Source: Myxococcota bacterium (GTDB lineage: Bacteria > Myxococcota_A > UBA796 > SXON01). Taken from it: DNA of 64,000 bases. Location of the stretch: assembly GCA_040386535.1 (NCBI GenBank), contig JAZKFH010000019.1, forward strand, positions 64,001 through 128,000. The letters run 5' to 3'. Positions 58,730-64,000 of this stretch are shown here, in pieces. The notes under the pieces are model-generated. The model saw only the letters and a program-made list of their open reading frames with translations, was not told the origin of the DNA and did no database searches. Position 1 is the stretch's first letter, and each line of letters opens with the position of its first letter. A program made the translations under genes and the position numbers.

Positions 58730-61489
58730 ATGGTGCCCCCCCTCCGCCGTCTGCTCGCCGCCGCGCTGCTCCTCACCGTCGGGCGGGCCCACGCAGGGGA
58801 GGAGAGCGACACGCGCGGGGGGGGCGTTGCGGGGGGCTCCCCCCCGCCCCAAGAACTGACCTACAACTCCATCGATCTGACCGCGCTCTACAACCACGAC
58901 CTGTTCGACGGTACGAAGGGCCCGCTCTTCCGCTTGCGCGAGGCCGCGCCATGGGCCCCGCCGGTGCCGCTCGCGTTCGACCCGAAGCGGGCGCCCGACG
59001 TCGTGTTGCTCAAGAGTGGGGACGCCCCTACCGCGCCGCCCGAGGTCGTGGTCCCCGTGGGACGCACCGCGCGTACGCTCTACCTGCTCACGGCGGGGCA
59101 GGGGACCCTCGCCGTGCGGGACATCGCTGCCGACGGGGAGGTGCGCTACGCGGACGGCCGCACGCAGCCGCTCAAGTGGATGGTGGGCGAGCAGGCGTGG
59201 CCCGCGTGGGCCGGCGCCACGGGTCGGAACGCGGATCCGATCGCCATCGGCTGGAACCCCAGCGGATCGCTGCTCACCGCCTCGCTCCTCACGGTCGACC
59301 TGTCGTGGCCCGACGTGCCCGTCACCTCGATCCTGGTGAAGTCGCGCCCGGGGCCGCTCTCGTTCGCGCTCCTCGCCGTCACCACGTCCGACGCGCCGCC
59401 GGTCACCGTCGTCCCCGTCGTCGATCGCGCGCCGTTGGACACCTACGACTTTCGCGTCCCCGCCGTGCTCGCGGCGTCCCTACCCATCGATCCCGCGTTG
59501 GCCGTCACGGGTCCCGCCGATCGCCCGATCGTCGTGAAGGACGGCCACCTCGCGTACGCCGGCGAAGGAGGCACTAACGCGGAGCGGGCGCGCTTCTGGG
59601 GCATCAACGTCGTCGGGACCGGGGCGTTGCCAGCCCTGGACGTGGCCGACGCCTACGCCACGAGCCTCGCGCGCGCCGGGTTCAACATGGTCCGGCCGCA
59701 CCACATGGACGGCGACGGCGAGGGCACGCTCGTCAATCCGCGCCGCGGCGAGCCCGGGGAGCCCCTCGCGCTGCCCGAGGCGCTCGACCGGATGGACCGC
59801 TTCCACGCCGCGCTCAAGGCGGCCGGCGTGTACGTCTACCTCGAGACGTGGACGCTCCGGAGCTTCCGCCCCGAGGAGGGCGTGCCGTCGCCGCGCGGGC
59901 TCGCGGTCGGCAACAAGTACGCGCCGTTCTTCTGGAAGGAGTACACCGACGCGAAGAAGGCGTGGGTTCGCGCGCTCTACGACCGCGTGAACCCCTACAC
60001 GGGCCTGCGCTACGCCGACGACCCCGCGGTGGCCCTGTTCGAGATCGCCAACGAGGACAGCCTCCTCGTCGCATGGAGCGGCGGCGCGTTGGAGCGGCTC
60101 CCGGGCGACCACCGCCGCCGCCTCGACGAGGTGTGGAATTCCTGGCTGCGCACGCGCTACAAGAACGACGTGGCGCTCAACACCGCGTGGAAGGGCCCCA
60201 TCCGCGCCGGGCTCCAGCTCGGTGAGACCCTCTCGCTCGACTCGGTGGCGCGTGAGCCCTCCACCCGCGGCCGCTCGGAGCTGTTCCCGCCCGCGCGGGC
60301 CGCGGATCTCGTGCGCTTCTACGGCGAGCTCGAAGCGGCGCACCACGCGGAGATGGCGCGTTTCCTGCGCGACGACCTCGGCTTCTCGGCGCCCATCGTG
60401 TGCAACACCTCGTTCGGCGTGCCGCTCGCGGAGGCCCAGCTCGCGGCGTGCGACGTGGTGGATCTCCACGTCTACTGGGATCCGATCGCCGAGCAGAACG
60501 TGTACTTCGACCACGCGATGATCGAGCGGCCGTTGCATGGGCGGATCCTGGAGAAGCTCGCGTGGTGCCAGGAGGGGAGGCCGTGCACGATGAGCGAGCT
60601 GAACCACAGCTGGCCCAACCGCTACGGGCACGAGGCGCCGCTGGTCTGGTCCTCACTCGCGGCGCGCCAGGATCTCGATGCCGTGCTCTGGTTCGCCTAC
60701 TCGCACGGGAGCTTCGATCCCGCGCCGGATGGGCCGGCCGGCGCGCTCGATCTGTCGGGGCGCTTCTCGTCCTGGGTGCAGATGCCGACGGCCTCGGCGC
60801 TCTTCCGGAGCGGGGCGCTGGCGCCGCCGGAGCGCCGCTTCGTGCGCTGGTGGAGCGCCGACGGCCTGTTGCGCGACCTCGCGGAGCCCTCCAGCTTGTG
60901 GCTCGACACGCAAGTGTCGTGGCAGAGCGTGCTCGACAACGTGCTGCGCACCTCGTTCGCGGCGATGCCCCCTCCGTTGACGCCCGCGCCTGCGCCCACC
61001 CCGAGCCCGCTGCGGTGGTGGCCCGACGCGGGGCGCTGGGTGATCGACACATCGAGGTTCCAGGCGATCGTCGGGCATACCTCGGCCCCCTCCGAGGAGC
61101 CCGGCGCCGAACCTGCGGCGTTGCGCGTGGCACTCTCGTCCTTCGCGGCGGTGTCGCTCGCGTCCCTCGACGGCGCCCCGCTCGGCGACGGTACGAAGCG
61201 CGCGCTCCTGACGCTCGCGGGCCGCACCGAGCGCGAGGGCACGCTCCGCTCCACGGGTGGCCCGGGCTCGGTCGTCTACGGCAAGGGCCCCGCGCGGCTG
61301 GAGCGGCTCACCGGGTTCGTCGACGTGAGGTGGGCGGGCCGGCCCGAGGCCTGGGTGCTCGATCCGGTGGGCGCGCCGGTCGCGCGGCTCCCAATTCGGC
61401 GCCTCGGCGGCGGGTGGTGGCGGGTCGAGCTCGAGGCGGGTGACGAGCGGGGGCTCAGCTCGCCTTGGGTTGAGCTGCGATCTCGGTGA
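58730..61489 (+). CDS. Secreted clan GH-A (GH5-like) glycoside hydrolase
   Basis: Signal peptide AHA, RFWGIN, GFNMVRPHH, NPYTGLRYADDPAV, EIANE (acid/base), DLHVYW, SELN (nucleophile). Confidence 0.8.
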   Translation: MVPPLRRLLAAALLLTVGRAHAGEESDTRGGGVAGGSPPPQELTYNSIDLTALYNHDLFDGTKGPLFRLREAAPWAPPVPLAFDPKRAPDVVLLKSGDAPTAPPEVVVPVGRTARTLYLLTAGQGTLAVRDIAADGEVRYADGRTQPLKWMVGEQAWPAWAGATGRNADPIAIGWNPSGSLLTASLLTVDLSWPDVPVTSILVKSRPGPLSFALLAVTTSDAPPVTVVPVVDRAPLDTYDFRVPAVLAASLPIDPALAVTGPADRPIVVKDGHLAYAGEGGTNAERARFWGINVVGTGALPALDVADAYATSLARAGFNMVRPHHMDGDGEGTLVNPRRGEPGEPLALPEALDRMDRFHAALKAAGVYVYLETWTLRSFRPEEGVPSPRGLAVGNKYAPFFWKEYTDAKKAWVRALYDRVNPYTGLRYADDPAVALFEIANEDSLLVAWSGGALERLPGDHRRRLDEVWNSWLRTRYKNDVALNTAWKGPIRAGLQLGETLSLDSVAREPSTRGRSELFPPARAADLVRFYGELEAAHHAEMARFLRDDLGFSAPIVCNTSFGVPLAEAQLAACDVVDLHVYWDPIAEQNVYFDHAMIERPLHGRILEKLAWCQEGRPCTMSELNHSWPNRYGHEAPLVWSSLAARQDLDAVLWFAYSHGSFDPAPDGPAGALDLSGRFSSWVQMPTASALFRSGALAPPERRFVRWWSADGLLRDLAEPSSLWLDTQVSWQSVLDNVLRTSFAAMPPPLTPAPAPTPSPLRWWPDAGRWVIDTSRFQAIVGHTSAPSEEPGAEPAALRVALSSFAAVSLASLDGAPLGDGTKRALLTLAGRTEREGTLRSTGGPGSVVYGKGPARLERLTGFVDVRWAGRPEAWVLDPVGAPVARLPIRRLGGGWWRVELEAGDERGLSSPWVELRSR
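58820..58856 (+). repeat. REP-like palindromic dispersed repeat, copy B (in-frame within the GH gene)
   Basis: GGGGGCGTTGCGGGGGGC-TCCCCC-CCGCCCCAAGAAC, matching 29538-29589 on the minus strand. Confidence 0.7.
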
Positions 61490-62933
61490 CGGCGGTGTTG
61501 ATCTCGGCGATCACGTCGGGCTGGGCCTCGAGCTCCTCCTCGAACGCGGCCTCGTCGATGAGGCCGGCGCGGGCGGCGTGGAGGTTGTTGAACTCGACCA
61601 GCGAGAGGATGGCCCACTGGTAGATGGCGACCTCGTAATATTCGAGGATGTTGTCGGTGAGATTGAGCAGGGCGTACGTGACGGTCATGGTGACGTACAC
61701 GTGGGAGATGTACGTCAGCCGGTTGTCGAGGCGCTGCCGGATCATGCGGAAGCCCTGCCAGAACATGACGCCGAGCACCCACGTGAACGCCAGGGCGCCC
61801 ACGATCCCGGTCTCGTAGAGGACCCGCAGGTAGCCGTTGTGGGGCGCCGCTTCGACGCCGAAGATCTCGACACCCAACATGACCGAGCTGCCCGCGCCGA
61901 AGCCGAACCACGGGCGATCCCAGATGCGGCGGAGGATCTCGTCCCAGAAGTACAGGCGCCAGCCGACGCTGGAATTGAGATCGTAGACGTTGTCGCTGCC
62001 GAGAACGTCACCCACGCTGGTGAACCGCTCGATGATGCCACCGCCGGCCCCGAGGAGCACCACGGCCCCGACCGCGGCGGTCGCCAGGATGTAGGAACGT
62101 TTTCCGTACACCCAGGAGAGGTATAGAAAGCACAACCCCATCGCGAGCCAGGAGATGCGTGTGTAGGTCGAGATCTCCAACGCGACGAGGAGCACGATGT
62201 AGAACAGGCGCAACGCCCGGTTCTTGGCCCGCGGATCGAGGAACTCCGCGTAGGCCAGGCAGAACAGGAACGTCAGGTACATGCTGAAGTGGGCGGGGTG
62301 GAAGAAGCTGGAATTGACTCGGTTGTACCCCTCGGTCACGTCGTTGCCCGTGCCCGTGATCCACTGGTAGAAGCCGTACACGATGGGGATGACGCTGGAC
62401 GCGTACATCGCCGAGATGACCTGCTTCACCATCTTGCTGTCGATCATGTCGCTGATGATCAGGTAGGTGAAAAACGGCGCGGCCAGCCGGGTGACGAAAC
62501 GAACGGCCCAGCGAAAGTCGGGCGCCCAGAACATCGAGACGGCGAAGAGCCCGAGGAACACGCCGTAGGGGAGGGTGAGCGAGCGCCCCTTGAACGGGTT
62601 CTTCCAGAGCACGAGGAAGTAGACGATGCCGATGCCCGTCGCGAGGACGTTGGCGAGGCCGCCGAGGTCGAAGTTGAGGCCCTCGGTGCCCATGCGCTCG
62701 CCGCCCGCGATGAAGTTGCGGAGCGAGATCAACATCAAGAAGCCGAGGATGAACGCGCGCGGATTGGCCATGAACAGGCCGCCGCCCACGCCCACGATCG
62801 CGAGCGCGGCCATGTAGTTGACGCCGCCGTACCCGAGGGCCAACGCGAGCGGGATGGCGGCGGCCGCCGGCAGGATCAGCTGACGAACGGGATCCGAGCC
62901 GAAGTCGGCGAAAGGAGAGCTCTTCACATCCAC
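61455..62933 (-). CDS. Wzy polymerase / O-antigen ligase family protein
   Basis: Many TM helices, RVNSSFFHP, TYTRISW, WR...W, PWFGFG.G, PHNGYL...E.G. Confidence 0.88.
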   Translation of the reverse strand: MDVKSSPFADFGSDPVRQLILPAAAAIPLALALGYGGVNYMAALAIVGVGGGLFMANPRAFILGFLMLISLRNFIAGGERMGTEGLNFDLGGLANVLATGIGIVYFLVLWKNPFKGRSLTLPYGVFLGLFAVSMFWAPDFRWAVRFVTRLAAPFFTYLIISDMIDSKMVKQVISAMYASSVIPIVYGFYQWITGTGNDVTEGYNRVNSSFFHPAHFSMYLTFLFCLAYAEFLDPRAKNRALRLFYIVLLVALEISTYTRISWLAMGLCFLYLSWVYGKRSYILATAAVGAVVLLGAGGGIIERFTSVGDVLGSDNVYDLNSSVGWRLYFWDEILRRIWDRPWFGFGAGSSVMLGVEIFGVEAAPHNGYLRVLYETGIVGALAFTWVLGVMFWQGFRMIRQRLDNRLTYISHVYVTMTVTYALLNLTDNILEYYEVAIYQWAILSLVEFNNLHAARAGLIDEAAFEEELEAQPDVIAEINTAVTEIAAQPKAS

Positions 62934-62986
62934 CGCACGCGGCAGCTTACCCGGATGGATGTGCGGCGGTTAGTCGCCGGAGCACG

Positions 62987-64000
62987 ATGCGCTCGATGAA
63001 AGAGGACCCCCCGCACGCGCCTCCCGCAAGGCCGCTGCGTATCCTGCAGGTAGCCCGTGTGTTCTGGCCGAACATCGGCGGGATCGAGCGCCACGTGCAG
63101 TGGTTGTCCGAGCAGCTCGTGCGCCGCGGGCACGTGTGTGATGTCGTCACGCTGAACCGCTCGTTCGAGGACGGTTCCTCGTATCCCGCCTATGACGAGC
63201 TCCACGGCGTGAACATCTGGCGGGTCCCCTTCCTGGGGAGCACCCGCTACCCGATCGCGCCGCGGGTGGCGCGGTTCGCGTCTCGCTACGATGTCGTGCA
63301 CGTGCACGCGATCGATTTCCTCGCCGACTGGATGGTGGCGACCAAGCGGTGGCACGGCCGGCCGGTCGTGCTCTCCACACACGGCGGCTTCTTCCACACC
63401 GCGTTCGCGCCCACGCTCAAGAAGGTGTGGTTCCAGACCGCCACGCGCGCCATGCTCGCGGGGGTCGACCGCCTGCTCTACACGTCGGACCAGGACGAGG
63501 AGCTGTTCCGCGCGATCACCAACAAGGGGACCATCCTGCGCAACGCGGTGGACCTCGCCCCCTGGGAGAACCTCGGTGGCTCCCCCCAGCCGGGGACCGC
63601 GGTCACCATCGGGCGGGTCGACACCCACAAGGGCTTGTCGAACCTGGTCAAAGCCCTCGCCGTGGTCCGCGATCGGGATCCGCGGCCGTTCCGGGTCGAG
63701 GTGCTCGGGCCCGAGGTCGTCCCCGGGCTCGTGGCGGGGTTGGAGCGCGAGCGGGACGCGCTGGGCCTGCAGGACCGGCTCGTGTTCCGCGGCAAGGTGT
63801 CGCAGGAGGAGCTCGTGGCCGCGGTCGACCGCGCGGATCTCGGGCTGTTCCCCTCGGAGTACGAGTCGTTCGGCATCTCCGTGGTCGAGGCCATGGGCGC
63901 GGGCCTCGTGCCGGTGCTCAACGAGATCCGCGCGTTCCGCTTCTTCATCGAAGAGGGCCGCAACGGGTTCATCACGCCCTTCGCCGATCCGTCGGCCGCG
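62987..64000 (+). CDS. GT4 glycosyltransferase, GumH/AceA-like alpha-mannosyltransferase (3' truncated by window edge)
   Basis: Not in the ORF track because it has no stop in the window. Translated by hand: RILQVARVFWPNIGGIE..VVTLNR..GSTRYPIAP..HVHAIDF..STHGGFFHT..KKVWFQT..YESFGISVVEAM. Confidence 0.88.
   Translation, partial: MRSMKEDPPHAPPARPLRILQVARVFWPNIGGIERHVQWLSEQLVRRGHVCDVVTLNRSFEDGSSYPAYDELHGVNIWRVPFLGSTRYPIAPRVARFASRYDVVHVHAIDFLADWMVATKRWHGRPVVLSTHGGFFHTAFAPTLKKVWFQTATRAMLAGVDRLLYTSDQDEELFRAITNKGTILRNAVDLAPWENLGGSPQPGTAVTIGRVDTHKGLSNLVKALAVVRDRDPRPFRVEVLGPEVVPGLVAGLERERDALGLQDRLVFRGKVSQEELVAAVDRADLGLFPSEYESFGISVVEAMGAGLVPVLNEIRAFRFFIEEGRNGFITPFADPSAA

Noticed and set aside
61455..61489. 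35-bp convergent overlap of the hydrolase and wzy 3' ends
   Set aside because: Short tail-to-tail overlaps are common in compact GC-rich genomes.

Overview
Gene-dense, very GC-rich bacterial chromosomal window with about 51 CDS. MYXO-CTERM-type tails, Asp/Thr linkers and DCDD repeats suggest a Myxococcota-like organism (inference). I found no rRNA, tRNA, CRISPR array, transposase or integrase. Housekeeping and metabolic genes: glyQ-glyS-ppdK, rlmN, an hbd-crt-acyl-CoA dehydrogenase-B12-binding-subunit operon, a Leu/Val dehydrogenase, ugd, lepA and an FKBP. There are many secreted or lipoproteins, a multi-PAS histidine kinase with a response regulator, a Ser/Thr kinase and a DEDDh exonuclease-WYL fusion. 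From about 53 kb a Wzx/Wzy exopolysaccharide locus (PssD/E-like, Wzx, clan GH-A hydrolase, Wzy, GumH-like GT4) is interrupted by a surface-protein gene and a hipBA-type module. Most notable observations: (i) many exported proteins have ultra-short signal peptides with the lipobox Cys at residue 9-12; (ii) a TA-initiated hexamer sits 5-7 nt before the start codon of about 12 first-in-unit genes, suggesting widespread leaderless mRNA; (iii) a palindromic dispersed repeat occurs once between genes and once in-frame inside a gene; (iv) a coupled lipoprotein pair has apparently nested domains; (v) several enzyme homologues look degenerate (radical SAM, C39-like, DnaA/Hda-like). All family calls come from motif recognition by eye, not database searches.
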